Origin: an uncultured virus (IMG/VR IMGVR_UViG_3300035520_000621)
Taxonomy: Duplodnaviria; Heunggongvirae; Uroviricota; Caudoviricetes
Length of the DNA stretch: 64,000 nucleotides
Direction: 5' to 3' (one strand)
IMG/VR virus record: IMGVR_UViG_3300035520_000621
This document shows positions 26,501-36,489 of the stretch, one piece after another (within the stretch, counting starts at the first letter, position 1; each line of letters opens with the position of its first letter). A program made the translations under genes and the position numbers. The notes beneath the pieces are model-generated. The model was not told the origin of the DNA. It was given only the letters and a program-made list of their open reading frames with translations, and searched no databases.

Positions 26501-29375
26501 TTACCAATGTGCGGACAGCTTGCTCTTGTGCGCCTGTGAGACCTTTCACGAAGTCAAAGCCTTGTTGCGATAACGTAGATTTGACATAGTTTACCCACGT
26601 AGTGATATCGGGGGCTAATTTGTCAAAATCCTCGAAAGCGTTTTTTGATTTATCTATATAGTCAAACAGCACCTTTGACTCGGCAACCATTTTATACAAT
26701 GGTGAAAATACCTTATCCGATGATGCTGAAAGCGTACGATAGAATTGTCTAAGTATATTCAGTTGCTCAGACAAAGATTTACCTTGTGCCTTCTCCTTAA
26801 ATTCAGGGTATTTATCGGCAATCTTTTGGAGCAAGTCTTGCAAGGAAATACCTTCCGATACCGCATCTTCCTCTGCCTTTTTCATCTCCGCCATTGCCGC
26901 AGAATAATCGTTGATGTTCTCAACCAACGAGTCATCAAACCAACCGTCAGTTTTGTCGTTGGCGTTCATTGGCAACTCGGCGTTTTGAGCAACAATGCGT
27001 TGCGCTTCGTACAAATCAAGTATAGCTTGGTGGAGTTCTTTGAATTGGGTAATCAAATCCTTTGTGCCACTTGTGTCTCCAAAGATACTTTCAAGTACAT
27101 TGCCTGCTGCGGGGTGGTAATCCTTAATAGTTTGTACCATCTCGTCAATGGCTGCGCGGATTTGTTCGCGCGTCATGCTTGGCAAGTTTTCAAGTGAGTT
27201 AGTTGTTAAGCTCTCACCTAAATTCTTAAATGTTTCGTTGGCTTTTTGACGTAGATTTTCAGTTTCCTCTTTGGCTTCTTTAACCTTTTCTTTGTACTTC
27301 ATGAAGGCTTCAACCGCAAGTGTAATGCCTGCGAACCATGCAAGTGAAGGTAGTGCTTTAGCAACACTTGCCCGTGCATCGCGCATTGCATTGCTAAATT
27401 GTACCCATGCAATTCTCCAACGATTAGCCGATGCTGCTTGCAGACGCTCTGCTTCGGTAATCATCTTGATGTCTACTAGATATTTAGCTTGTTGCGTTGA
27501 GAGCTTTCTCATTGCAATTAACTGCAACGCTTTTTCTTTAGTGAGTGCGCCACTTGTAATTGCCGCTTGAATATCGTAGACTATTTGTTTTTTTGAATTG
27601 GTGAGTTGGTATCGTTCTACGGCTGTTAGTTGGCGATACGTAGCCGCAAGCCTTATCTTTGCCGCCTCAGAGCGTTTTGTTGCTGCGATCTCCGTGCCTG
27701 TGGCTGTGGCTTCTGCCATTAAACCTTTAGTAAGTAAATAGCTTGCAGCCTTAACGACACCATAAGTACCTGCCGCAACTACCATTGCAGCTGCAACCTT
27801 GCCCCAATTCTTTGTAAGTGAGATGAGGATATCGGCAACGCCCTTTAATGGCGTTGAAAGTGACTCTGCTAAGTCACCATACATCAAGTCGAGTGCATCC
27901 TTTACAAGTTTCCAACGTGTCTTTACCGAGCCTGATAAGACCTCTTGCATATTGTTGAACATACCACCTTCGTCAGTTAAATCCCACAAGACATCTTTTA
28001 CCATGTCGAATGAAATTTGCTTTTTGGAGATACGTTTCATTACTTCGGCAACGCTGACAAATTTGCCTTCCAACTCGGTGAGTTTTTTAGATAACTTGTC
28101 GTAGATAGGAATGTTGGCGTAGGCGAATTGTTTTGCTTCAAGACCGTCAAGGAACGTGCGGTTTTTAGTCTTGCCATAAGCGAGGATGAGGCGTTGCATA
28201 TCCACACCCGTACCTGCTGATATATCGGCAAGGCGTTTCATTGTGTCGTACAATTCGTTGTAAGGTACAGTGAATGCAGAGAGCTGCTTGGCGTATTGGT
28301 TCAAGTCCATTACACCAAACGGTGATTTCAATGCCAATGAGCGAATTTCGCTGAACAAGTCTTGTGTCTTGCCTTTGTCTTTTAGGATAGCATCAAGCGC
28401 GAGGCGTTGGTGTTCCAATTCACCACCGATGTCGACAACTTTGCTTAAGAATTGCTCTGCCGCATATACGGAATAAAGCGATAAGAATTGGTCTTTGAGT
28501 TGCCCTGCAACGCTGATATTAGAACCCAATGCACTATGTAAACGAATACTTGCGCCCGTGTGTTCATTAGCTGCGTCGCGAGCTTGCACGTGTGCCGCCC
28601 TGACTTTTTGAAGTGCGGCTTGTGCATCGCGATAACGTTGCATGGCTTGCTCTGTCTTCGCCTTCTCAGCTAATAAATCGCTTTTTGTGTATTTGCCGTT
28701 CCAAGACACAGCTTGTTGCAAAGCCATTTGCACCGCTTGCGTAGCTGATGCCTTGTCTACAACGATGTTGATTTTGAATGGGTTTTGCCCCAATGTTGTT
28801 TGTATGTCGTTGCGAATATCAGACTTGTCAAAGGTGACTTTTAGCTTAGAGTTTGTTTGTAGAATTTGTTGAAGCTGTTGCGACAACGTAGGTACATCAA
28901 CGGTGAGTTTGAGCGTATGCTTAACCCCGTCAATAGCCATTTTGATACTATTTGATAACTCTGCGACATTGGCTGTTGCATTAACCTTATATCCCTTTGT
29001 GGTGAGTATGTTCGTCAATTGCTGACCTAACACAGTTGCGTCAATTGCTGTGGAGATAGGGTATTTCTTTGTACCGATAGCCTTTGTAATGCTTTCAGCC
29101 AACTCCGTAGCAATTGCTGTAATGTGCGCCGTGTATTGTGTATTGTTGATTGCGGTTTGCAACTGCTGCGTATTGAGTTGCGTGCCGATACTTGCAATAA
29201 ACGTGTTCGCTTTCAACAATGTCTGAATATCCCTAATGAGAGATTGCGGGTCTTTGAGTTTGACTGCAATCTCCGCATTGAGGTCTCTCAGCAATTGCTG
29301 TTTTATGTGGTTCTTCTGTGCGGCTGTTTCGTCCTTCAGAAGTATGTTGAAATATAAATCACCTAAGTTAGCCAT
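23520..29375 (-). CDS. Tail tape measure protein
   Basis: 1951 aa, helical, ALKSPF...KQLSAF...MKRLADIS tape-measure domain; follows tail chaperones. Confidence 0.92.
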   Translation of the reverse strand: MANLGDLYFNILLKDETAAQKNHIKQQLLRDLNAEIAVKLKDPQSLIRDIQTLLKANTFIASIGTQLNTQQLQTAINNTQYTAHITAIATELAESITKAIGTKKYPISTAIDATVLGQQLTNILTTKGYKVNATANVAELSNSIKMAIDGVKHTLKLTVDVPTLSQQLQQILQTNSKLKVTFDKSDIRNDIQTTLGQNPFKINIVVDKASATQAVQMALQQAVSWNGKYTKSDLLAEKAKTEQAMQRYRDAQAALQKVRAAHVQARDAANEHTGASIRLHSALGSNISVAGQLKDQFLSLYSVYAAEQFLSKVVDIGGELEHQRLALDAILKDKGKTQDLFSEIRSLALKSPFGVMDLNQYAKQLSAFTVPYNELYDTMKRLADISAGTGVDMQRLILAYGKTKNRTFLDGLEAKQFAYANIPIYDKLSKKLTELEGKFVSVAEVMKRISKKQISFDMVKDVLWDLTDEGGMFNNMQEVLSGSVKTRWKLVKDALDLMYGDLAESLSTPLKGVADILISLTKNWGKVAAAMVVAAGTYGVVKAASYLLTKGLMAEATATGTEIAATKRSEAAKIRLAATYRQLTAVERYQLTNSKKQIVYDIQAAITSGALTKEKALQLIAMRKLSTQQAKYLVDIKMITEAERLQAASANRWRIAWVQFSNAMRDARASVAKALPSLAWFAGITLAVEAFMKYKEKVKEAKEETENLRQKANETFKNLGESLTTNSLENLPSMTREQIRAAIDEMVQTIKDYHPAAGNVLESIFGDTSGTKDLITQFKELHQAILDLYEAQRIVAQNAELPMNANDKTDGWFDDSLVENINDYSAAMAEMKKAEEDAVSEGISLQDLLQKIADKYPEFKEKAQGKSLSEQLNILRQFYRTLSASSDKVFSPLYKMVAESKVLFDYIDKSKNAFEDFDKLAPDITTWVNYVKSTLSQQGFDFVKGLTGAQEQAVRTLVKTLVDSAKEASPEIRAEIEKQLLEKFNISVSVDFEGSEKAIEQWKERLKQSLQGKYDTVVNAAADYASVIDSVRKAHKEAKEEAEKLKPVLIKAGISFTPGKKITGLSVMTPRNQEIAEQYNEYIDKIDAAVAGANTEGFSLETEKQQRAAAKQAESALTKRLKERLSLLKSAYSEYQRWTELVGKDAALQKLKESNVYSALFSDKNFNIEELRTNIVSIVKQAKAALKDTSAQSFARQGEEELLKFDYDETKKQLDETKQAIEKFVSDTTDQWGLYYDILNKTGNKSYAKLAFSKTGIWDETAKTMRDKLEQEMSKFNIGDKIINWDMDSAEAKAFFNNNEALLKLYQEIQKQIRANARTMLTEGATAIASQYDKEEQIKVLEQQIQTIRDQYKDESILPEGEEARIQQIQSQIDELKSDLFSLSPLYQQIFGSMKYQDWGAVNKSANRAKELVKNAVGKNFKNGKPSIYRSFYMDGNEKKEVTLTESLLKKLRDSLDGFFDTKVEKNPFSTLFSSIDNLKKLYKSTEKDVDKGKAWREVGASFAACAEQIAQISNSFQEMFEVLGDESAAKAMETVSFVAEGAAAIVQGFASGGVYGGIAAAVTVAVNGLTKIFSAHQAVLEKLIKQSEQRVAQIEMISDAIDRLLERSLANYTTIRPASLDDDIAKLAEYTDRLKELDDAIAKGYHPSVGDTERSDIEANIARYTERIKAYQSGGIYAYQRQLLQDELDEKKAQLAALEKEKGDKTDEINEVTADIEELEDQIIDYAEETADSLYGINLKDWASQIGDALLDAWQKGEDGARAFNDTVADIMSDVVSNVLKLGVIQPALEKLQTMLFGEDGMSGMFGKDFALDETEIKTIADYLIGIRDKTDAYYEYLDQIEDYMKKNYGISLKDDDSSGMTKSIQGVTEETADLLASYINAIRADVSVKREYIRQIVEDYMPRFSVIVEAQLRQLEAIAINTENNAKAAEEIKDLLSSNITTGKGFKIA

Positions 29376-29377
29376 GT

Positions 29378-29644
29378 CTAAAAGATGTCTTTGAATGGAA
29401 TTTTTTCATTTTCATGACCTTCATATTTCGCTTTCCAACGCCTTGTGACTTCTTCAATTTTGCTGAGTGATGGAGAACTAAAAGTCTTGGATTTTTTACC
29501 TCTGTCTTTATCGCCACCATCTTTGCGTTTTGAATTAGTCACTAATATGCAAGTGTCAATCGCGAGCAATTCAACTTGTGCCGCCGAGAGCAGCCAATTC
29601 AAGCCGTACATTGGGGGCGTTACAGTAATGCCGAGTATTCGCAT
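29378..29644 (-). CDS. Tail assembly chaperone second ORF (T-like), probably reached by frameshift
   Basis: In the -1 frame relative to 29674-30114; that frame is open back to the A10 run at 29802-29811. Confidence 0.55.
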   Translation of the reverse strand: MRILGITVTPPMYGLNWLLSAAQVELLAIDTCILVTNSKRKDGGDKDRGKKSKTFSSPSLSKIEEVTRRWKAKYEGHENEKIPFKDIF

Positions 29645-29673
29645 TGGTTCCGCAAGCCATTGCCGTTCTTTGG

Positions 29674-30114
29674 TTAATTCCCAGCTTTGCCCCCAGACTG
29701 TTCTTGACGGATATTGACTACTTCTTGCTTCGTCATCTGCATCGTCGTGTCCCTTATCGCGGTCAAGAATATGGTAGCAAGATAATAGTCTTTCACAGGA
29801 ATTTTTTTTTTAGCTTCTGCCAAAATATCCTTCAATTCGTCATCACCTACTTGGTAGATGTAGTAATACCAACGCCATTTAAGCCACCATAGAAATTTGA
29901 TTTTCCAATAGCCGTTGAGCAGGATAGCTGCGACAGCTTGACAAGTTGCCTTGTCGTCATTGTCTTCTTGCGCCATGATGTGGCTTATCTTGCGGATTGT
30001 GCCGCGACGTATCCAACCGAGTTTGCGTTTGCGCCCTCTGAAGGTAATCTCTGTGGGTTCGTCTTCTATTAGCTGACTGAGAAGTCTCTCGTCATTTTCG
30101 TTGGGTAGTTCCAT
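29674..30114 (-). CDS. Tail assembly chaperone (G-like)
   Basis: Position between major tail and tape measure genes. Confidence 0.65.
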   Translation of the reverse strand: MELPNENDERLLSQLIEDEPTEITFRGRKRKLGWIRRGTIRKISHIMAQEDNDDKATCQAVAAILLNGYWKIKFLWWLKWRWYYYIYQVGDDELKDILAEAKKKIPVKDYYLATIFLTAIRDTTMQMTKQEVVNIRQEQSGGKAGN

Positions 30115-30197
30115 ATTGTGTTGGGCTAATTAATAGAAAACGGTGACGTGGCATTTGAAGCCGCGCCACCGCTGAGTATATATAATATCACACTATC

Positions 30198-30758
30198 CTA
30201 CGCTGCTTTTTTCTGCAAGATGTAGAGGGCAACGCCGTTGTCTTTGAGTGGAGTCCACTGAGTGTTGAAGTAAGCGGGCTTGCCTTGTTCGCTGATGAGC
30301 GAGCCGTAGCCTTCCACCTTAGTGAGCAACACTGCGGTCTCCTTGTCTTCGCTGACAAGTAAGAGTGAACCTGTAACCTTCTTAGGTTCGAGGTCGTAGC
30401 CGAAGCCTTCATAGGTGACACCTTCCAAAGTATTCTCCATTGCCTCTGCAGTCTCGGTGACTTTGTTGAGGAAGATTGCGTTGATTACGTTGGCGATAGA
30501 CGCAACTTGGAATTGGATATCAGCATCGCCTGCATCGGCAAGTGAAGTCCATGTGCTACCTGTGGTGAGCTTAACGCGAGTGATGTCGGGTGCGCCCGTG
30601 TCGAAGGTCACACCGTCAGAGAGGACGGGGAACTCAACATCGAATGACTCGATAGTTTTAGGCGTCAAGTTTTCAGTCTTGCTGAAATATACGTTGGTGA
30701 GCTTATTGAAGATGACATCAAGGTCAGCCAACTTAGAGGTGATTGTAATTGCTGCCAT
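30198..30758 (-). CDS. Major tail (tube) protein
   Basis: 186-aa acidic beta-rich ORF followed by a hairpin at about 30140-30172; synteny. Confidence 0.7.
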   Translation of the reverse strand: MAAITITSKLADLDVIFNKLTNVYFSKTENLTPKTIESFDVEFPVLSDGVTFDTGAPDITRVKLTTGSTWTSLADAGDADIQFQVASIANVINAIFLNKVTETAEAMENTLEGVTYEGFGYDLEPKKVTGSLLLVSEDKETAVLLTKVEGYGSLISEQGKPAYFNTQWTPLKDNGVALYILQKKAA

Positions 30759-30772
30759 TGCTATATTACGTT

Positions 30773-31165
30773 TTAATATTTTCTTATTGTTATCTTAAAC
30801 TGAATTATCACTGAGTGGAAACCTAATGAGTCGTTGCCTCCATTCATCAATCGCGGAGATAAGCCTGTGAGCAAATCTGTGGAGATTGGGAATTTAGCCA
30901 ATGCTAATTGCTCCATCTCATCGAGCGTTTTGGTGTCTTCGTATCCGTATTCTTTGTTGCGGGCGAATAAGACTATTTGCGCGTATGTTTCGTTACGGAT
31001 AGAGCTTGCTGTGCGTATGCCTTGCGGTAGTCGTATAACTGCGAATTTATCCACTTGTGACGGAGAGATTTCTGTCCTGTCAGTGAAAATTATCGTGTCT
31101 ACGACATCGGTAAAGACTTGTTGCAAGTCTGCCAAAATTGCTTTGCGATTAAACGATAGTGCCAT
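30773..31165 (-). CDS. Putative tail terminator
   Basis: Size and synteny. Confidence 0.5.
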   Translation of the reverse strand: MALSFNRKAILADLQQVFTDVVDTIIFTDRTEISPSQVDKFAVIRLPQGIRTASSIRNETYAQIVLFARNKEYGYEDTKTLDEMEQLALAKFPISTDLLTGLSPRLMNGGNDSLGFHSVIIQFKITIRKY

Positions 31166-31695
31166 TACTCAATTGGTCTAATGTACGATTGTATAATTGC
31201 AGGTGCTTCCATGAAAGTACTTGTTAACACGTCGATATCACATTCTCTCTCTTGGAATAATGCGTATTCAACTCCTGACATTACGCATATTTGGAAGCCG
31301 TCTTTTATGGGGATTAAACCTTGCAGCCAATCTTTTACTGAGTTATATCCGTAATCTCCGTCTGTTTGAACCCCCGCGGTAAAAGTCATTTCCTGAACAT
31401 CACCATCCCAACGCTCGCGCCCTACGGAGAATTTTTGTCCTACCGTCAGTTTTCGTTGGAGCGGTTTCATTCTGCCATCTCTATGAACCTTTTGTAGCGA
31501 GCCATTCACATATACCCCCGCAGCGTATGATGTAGCTGTATTGCCTGTCATGTTATGACCTGAATATATTCTGCGTTCAAGTGCATCGGCAACTAAACCG
31601 TCAGCTGCTTCGGACAGCATCTTGCTAAGATGTTGACTAATGAGCTTGGCGGCTTTTGCCATGCCTTTATCGAATAATGCAGCGTTATCTTTCAT
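31165..31695 (-). CDS. Putative neck/tail-completion protein (HK97 gp10-like)
   Basis: NMTGN...S and EYA.F.E motifs; probable start MKDNAALF. Confidence 0.55.
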   Translation of the reverse strand: MKDNAALFDKGMAKAAKLISQHLSKMLSEAADGLVADALERRIYSGHNMTGNTATSYAAGVYVNGSLQKVHRDGRMKPLQRKLTVGQKFSVGRERWDGDVQEMTFTAGVQTDGDYGYNSVKDWLQGLIPIKDGFQICVMSGVEYALFQERECDIDVLTSTFMEAPAIIQSYIRPIE

Positions 31696-32021
31696 GTCTT
31701 TGATAGGTTGAAATATATGCTTGTGCCGAGGTTTGACGGATACACTTCTGCGATTAAGCATCCGGTGTAAGCCCCGCTAAAGTCAGTTACATCAACAAAA
31801 TCGCCTGCTTTGATATCGCATTTGCCTTTGATTGGTAAGGCTACGCGATAGTCAGCTTTGATGACATTATTAGTCTTGAATGTGCGCAAGTTTGTCGAAG
31901 ACTCCTTGCGGCATTCACCCTCGTACAATACACTTTTCTCACCGTCATTGAGGTTTGTTACACCCACCAAACGATAGATTGCGCAAGTATGCGGGAAGCG
32001 AGGATTGTTGATGCCTGACAT
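31692..32021 (-). CDS. Putative head-closure protein
   Basis: Size, beta-rich composition, synteny. Confidence 0.55.
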   Translation of the reverse strand: MSGINNPRFPHTCAIYRLVGVTNLNDGEKSVLYEGECRKESSTNLRTFKTNNVIKADYRVALPIKGKCDIKAGDFVDVTDFSGAYTGCLIAEVYPSNLGTSIYFNLSKT

Positions 32022-32024
32022 AGC

Positions 32025-32405
32025 TTAAAAGTTAACAATTCGTACAGTTGATGCCTTAGTGATAGTCTCACCCCACTTCTCATATAATTCTTTAGCCATT
32101 GCGCGAAGCTGACGTTTATCGTATGCGCTCGTTTGCCAACCACCCTGTTTGTGTTTCCAACCGCCATCGGAGTCCTCTGTGTCGTTGCGCGTCGAAGGTG
32201 TCGATGCACACCACATATAGAGGTCTGCTGTGGCAAGGTCAATCAATTTCAAGCCTTCGTTATCAGGCAAGTTCTTGATTTCCTCGAAGGGTGTTAGTAA
32301 ATCAAATCCGCGCTTAACGCTTATTGTCACCAACGCGCTATCTGCAATATCGTAGGCTGTTACACCTTTGAGATATTCCTGCATTGTAATGGCTTCAGAA
32401 CTCAT
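32025..32405 (-). CDS. Putative head-tail adaptor
   Basis: Small helical ORF directly after the capsid gene. Confidence 0.55.
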   Translation of the reverse strand: MSSEAITMQEYLKGVTAYDIADSALVTISVKRGFDLLTPFEEIKNLPDNEGLKLIDLATADLYMWCASTPSTRNDTEDSDGGWKHKQGGWQTSAYDKRQLRAMAKELYEKWGETITKASTVRIVNF

Positions 32406-32423
32406 GATATGTGGAGCTTATTG

Positions 32424-33614
32424 TTAGACAGTTACCGTACTGATGAACATTTGCTCGATTGCTGAGGGTACGCAGAGTTGTGCGGCTTCCGACTCGATAT
32501 ACAGAGAGTGGGTTTCTTGATTAACTCGTTGATAGAGCTTCAAGCGACCATCATGGAATGAGCCGATGTCTTCAGCTTTGTAACCGAGGTCGAGAGGCTC
32601 AACACCTTGAATACCGCCAATCTTGCCAACAGGGACAAATGCGATGTTTTCCTTCTTGAAGTTTTCAACTTGTGAGGTAATCAAGTCGGGTACGCCGTCA
32701 GCGTCTTTGCCGGGTTTGTCAACGTATGCGTAGCTGTCGCGACCAACGATTTCGTCAACCCTGACGAGTTTCTTCAGCATTGCCAAAAGTGCTTCGTCTG
32801 TTTGGTTGCGAGCATTGTCGAGAGCATTCTCTGCTGACGCATTAGGATAGAGAGCCTTACCAATACGGCTAAGAACCTTTGAATGGGTCAAAAGGTCGTC
32901 AAGCAAATCTTGCGTTAATTCCAAGCGAATTGCACCATAATAGTGGTATGTTCGGCGGATTGCTTTGACACGGTTTTTGATGTATTCAATCGGGTCTGAG
33001 TCGCTACCTTCGTTCTCGGTGGTGTGGTCTTCTTTAGTCCACCAACGCTTATTGCCTGTGAGGTTGTCAAAGTGGGAGTCTTTGATGCCGAAGTTGATTG
33101 TAATACCTCGGAGACCACGCGGGTTGTTGGTTTCGTCGATAATAAACTTACCTGTCGAAACGATTTGGTGACGTTGATGAGTGAGCGCATTGAGGTAAGA
33201 CTTAATCAAACCTTCAGAGCCTTCATCGAGCAAATTCATGAAGACATCCTCCATACCTTGCGAAACACCACCCAACTTTTGAATAAGTTGAAGTTGTTCG
33301 CGCACTGTTGTGCGGTTGAGGCGGTAGAATTTCTTTAAGGTAGGAATGTTGCCTGTACGACCTTGAACTTCACGGAGAGCTGCCTCGTAACCGGGAGACT
33401 CAGGGTCAACGTAAGCGGGCAAAGTTGTTGCGCCGGTGCTTGCTATGATTTGTGCAAATGTATAGCTGACACGAGTTGGCTCAAATTCGAAGCCGTCGAT
33501 TTCGAGTTTGTCGTATTTTTCATTGTAGTGGTCGATGAACTCTTGGAATGTTTCACCCCCAAGACCCAAAGCCATCACTTGATACAAATCAACGGGAAGT
33601 GTGTTTGCTGCCAT
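32424..33614 (-). CDS. Major capsid protein
   Basis: 396 aa; position after scaffold and decoration genes, resembles lambda gpE-like capsids. Confidence 0.8.
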   Translation of the reverse strand: MAANTLPVDLYQVMALGLGGETFQEFIDHYNEKYDKLEIDGFEFEPTRVSYTFAQIIASTGATTLPAYVDPESPGYEAALREVQGRTGNIPTLKKFYRLNRTTVREQLQLIQKLGGVSQGMEDVFMNLLDEGSEGLIKSYLNALTHQRHQIVSTGKFIIDETNNPRGLRGITINFGIKDSHFDNLTGNKRWWTKEDHTTENEGSDSDPIEYIKNRVKAIRRTYHYYGAIRLELTQDLLDDLLTHSKVLSRIGKALYPNASAENALDNARNQTDEALLAMLKKLVRVDEIVGRDSYAYVDKPGKDADGVPDLITSQVENFKKENIAFVPVGKIGGIQGVEPLDLGYKAEDIGSFHDGRLKLYQRVNQETHSLYIESEAAQLCVPSAIEQMFISTVTV

Positions 33615-33633
33615 AGTTTTAAATCTTTAAGGG

Positions 33634-34038
33634 TTAATAAACAATAGTTACCTGTGCGATGCCACCTGCTGCGTTAATTGCTGCCAATACGTCAGCATCG
33701 AGCATATAGCCATACAACTCACCGTCATATACAACGGTGGCAGAACCGATGGTTTTGCCATCTTTAATCGGCAAGTCTTCCTGAATGTAGCCGTTGGCAC
33801 CGAGATCTGCGAATGTTTCAGCCTCGGTGATTTCATTTTTAGTGAAGGCTTTAATGGTTTTTGCCTCCATATCAAAGATTGCGGGAGTACCGGCGGGGAT
33901 AACCTTCGCGTCTACCCAATCAGCAACATTAGATATGAGACCACCACCGGGGTAGCGATGACGTGTTTCGCGCCATACCTTCCGTGCATGACCTACACTA
34001 AACTCATGAACATCAAATGTGTTACCTAAGTTAGCCAT
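33634..34038 (-). CDS. Putative head decoration protein
   Basis: IPAGTP motif, 134 aa, directly upstream of capsid gene. Confidence 0.65.
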   Translation of the reverse strand: MANLGNTFDVHEFSVGHARKVWRETRHRYPGGGLISNVADWVDAKVIPAGTPAIFDMEAKTIKAFTKNEITEAETFADLGANGYIQEDLPIKDGKTIGSATVVYDGELYGYMLDADVLAAINAAGGIAQVTIVY

Positions 34039-34072
34039 TGCTGTTAATGTTTTACGTTAGTTAATGTAATAG

Positions 34073-34711
34073 TTATTTTTCCTGACCCCATCCTTCGCGG
34101 GCTTTCTTCCGAGCAAAAAACGTATCAACGGCGCTGCTTGTTTTACCGGGATTGTTCGTTGTGATACGAGGTTTCGCACCATTACCACGGCACGCGGTCA
34201 ACTCTTTGTCGTAGCGTTCGAGCTGTTCTTTAACAATTTCATCCGTTGATTTTTTGGCGTCGAAAGTCACACCCTGAAGTGTCTTATCAAGTACGTAAGT
34301 GTCGTCCGCGTGTTTTTCAAGCATCTTCTCTCTTACTTCCTTGTAGATAGCCGATTGCTTCTCTTGGCTCTGTTTTTCAGATAGCATTGTTTTCAATTCG
34401 GCTAATTCTTTTTTCAACCCTTGGAGCTCTGTATCGTCGCCCTGTGGGTTGGTTGGCGTAACGACTGTTGGCTGTGGTGCCGGTTCGGGCTTGTAGTTTT
34501 TCTTGAATGTATCAACCTGTGCTGCAACATCATGATTGAAATTACCTGACAAAGACTTTAGGAAAGTCGTGTGCTTACTGAAATAAGCATCGTCAGGCTC
34601 TACACCCTCCGCGGGTAAATTAGCGTCAACATAGTCGCCGATTGTTTTTGCTGACAGCCCGGTCGTTCCGAGTTGTTCAGTAATAGTGGATAAGATTTTT
34701 TCTTTTTCCAT
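34073..34711 (-). CDS. Putative capsid scaffolding protein
   Basis: Charged coiled-coil with Pro-rich linker, first gene of the head operon; probable start MEKEK. Confidence 0.65.
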   Translation of the reverse strand: MEKEKILSTITEQLGTTGLSAKTIGDYVDANLPAEGVEPDDAYFSKHTTFLKSLSGNFNHDVAAQVDTFKKNYKPEPAPQPTVVTPTNPQGDDTELQGLKKELAELKTMLSEKQSQEKQSAIYKEVREKMLEKHADDTYVLDKTLQGVTFDAKKSTDEIVKEQLERYDKELTACRGNGAKPRITTNNPGKTSSAVDTFFARKKAREGWGQEK

Positions 34712-34908
34712 ACAAACCAAAAAAGTGTGTTCTTCATATTATTAGATAACCTCTCTTGATTATCTACCTATTTTGCCGCAAATATAATAGTTTTGTGTCT
34801 ATTTAGAAAAATATTTTGGTAAAAAAGTAATGTTTTTCGACTTAAAATCTTTATTTTTGTCCAAAATATCTTATTTGGCGGTTTAAAACTGCCACGCACC
34901 CAATACGA

Positions 34909-36489
34909 ATGATAGACACATCAACACATTTGAGCTACAAGGATTTATGTAAAATCCGCAAAATCGCAAACAAACATCCTGCGAGCAAATCCATCTTTGC
35001 CCAAAAAGGTGGGCAGGAAAATATGCTTAAATCCGCAGCCGACATTACAATTGGCGGTGGCTGTCGTGGTGGGTCTAAAACATTCTCGTTGTTACTCGAA
35101 GCTGCGTATGACATGAATAACCCCAATTTTCGTGCGCTAATACTTCGTAATGAGATTGAGGACTTATCTGATATTGCAGAAACGTCCGACCAAATATTTG
35201 GCGAGTTTGGAGAACGATTGCGCTCGAAGACAGACCAACGTTGGGTGTTTAATCGCGGCGGCTTTCTACGCTTCTCGTATCACGCTGACTCTTACGACGA
35301 ATTTAAAAAACGCTTTCAAGGTCGTCAGTTTTCGTACATCGGTGTCGATGAAATAACACATATGGAATACTTAAAGTTCAAATATTTGATTACTTGTAAT
35401 CGTAACGCTTTTGGTATTCGCAACAGATTTTTTGGTACGTGTAACCCTGACCCAGATAGTTGGGTTGCAAAATTCATTGATTGGTGGATTGGCGAAGACG
35501 GTCTGCCAATTGCCGAACGCGATAGCGTTGTGCGTTACTGCTTCATGGACGGCGATAGTGTTGACTCTATTTATTGGGGTAACACTCGCAACGAAGTGTA
35601 CGAGCAATGCCACAGCATTATCGACCGATATTGGCTTCCTGAGTATAGCGTATATGGTGAACCACAAGATTTGTTTATTAAATCAGTTGCCTTTGTCGAA
35701 GCAAAATTGCATGACAACGTTAAACTCTTAGCTTCCGACCCGACTTATTTGGCAAACTTGGCTAACCAATCAGAGGAGCAACGCGCTCGTGACCTCGAAG
35801 GTAATTGGAAGTACAAAGATGTTGGCGATGATTTTATTAAGCAATCTCACTTAGAGGCGTTTTTCAACAACTCTGTGCAAGTTGGTGACGGCGTAAGACG
35901 CTGTTCATGTGACGTTGCTTTTGACGGTGGCGATGCTTGTGTGCTTTGGCTTATTGTTGGACATCATGTAGAGGACTTATTTGTTAGCCGATTAGACTCA
36001 CGTAGTACGGTGAATGTAATCAAGGCAAAACTCGAAGAGTGGGGTGTGCGTGAGGAGAATTTCACCTACGATCTTAATGGTTTGGGGCAGACGCTCAAAG
36101 GCTTTTTCCCACGCGCATTGCCATTTTGTAATACTGAGGCGGTTGATGATAAATACAAAAACGTATATCATGACTTAAAATCACAAGCCGCTTATCTATT
36201 TGCCCGCGACATTATCAATGGCGAATACTCAATCAACCCTGAATTGCTTAAACGCAAATATAGCGGTAGGGGGTATGAGAATACGCCATTGGCTCAAATC
36301 TTGAATAGGGAGCGCAAGGCTATTCGCCAAGATGATAATGACGACGGACACGGTTGGAAAATTATCAAAAAAGTAATCATGAAACGATTGGTAGGACACT
36401 CGCCCGACTTCATGGAAGGGTTACTAATGATTAAAATATTCGACATTAAAAAACGTAATAGACACTTTAAGGGATTAGGATTATTATGA
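34909..36489 (+). CDS. Terminase large subunit
   Basis: GGCRGGSKT (Walker A), YIGVDE (Walker B), TCNP, DVAFDGGD and SPD nuclease motifs. Confidence 0.93.
   Translation: MIDTSTHLSYKDLCKIRKIANKHPASKSIFAQKGGQENMLKSAADITIGGGCRGGSKTFSLLLEAAYDMNNPNFRALILRNEIEDLSDIAETSDQIFGEFGERLRSKTDQRWVFNRGGFLRFSYHADSYDEFKKRFQGRQFSYIGVDEITHMEYLKFKYLITCNRNAFGIRNRFFGTCNPDPDSWVAKFIDWWIGEDGLPIAERDSVVRYCFMDGDSVDSIYWGNTRNEVYEQCHSIIDRYWLPEYSVYGEPQDLFIKSVAFVEAKLHDNVKLLASDPTYLANLANQSEEQRARDLEGNWKYKDVGDDFIKQSHLEAFFNNSVQVGDGVRRCSCDVAFDGGDACVLWLIVGHHVEDLFVSRLDSRSTVNVIKAKLEEWGVREENFTYDLNGLGQTLKGFFPRALPFCNTEAVDDKYKNVYHDLKSQAAYLFARDIINGEYSINPELLKRKYSGRGYENTPLAQILNRERKAIRQDDNDDGHGWKIIKKVIMKRLVGHSPDFMEGLLMIKIFDIKKRNRHFKGLGLL

Noticed and set aside
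8463..28872. Numerous 60-180-aa ORFs nested in or antisense to the large tail genes
   Set aside because: Shadow ORFs overlapping long well-supported genes, with no recognisable motifs
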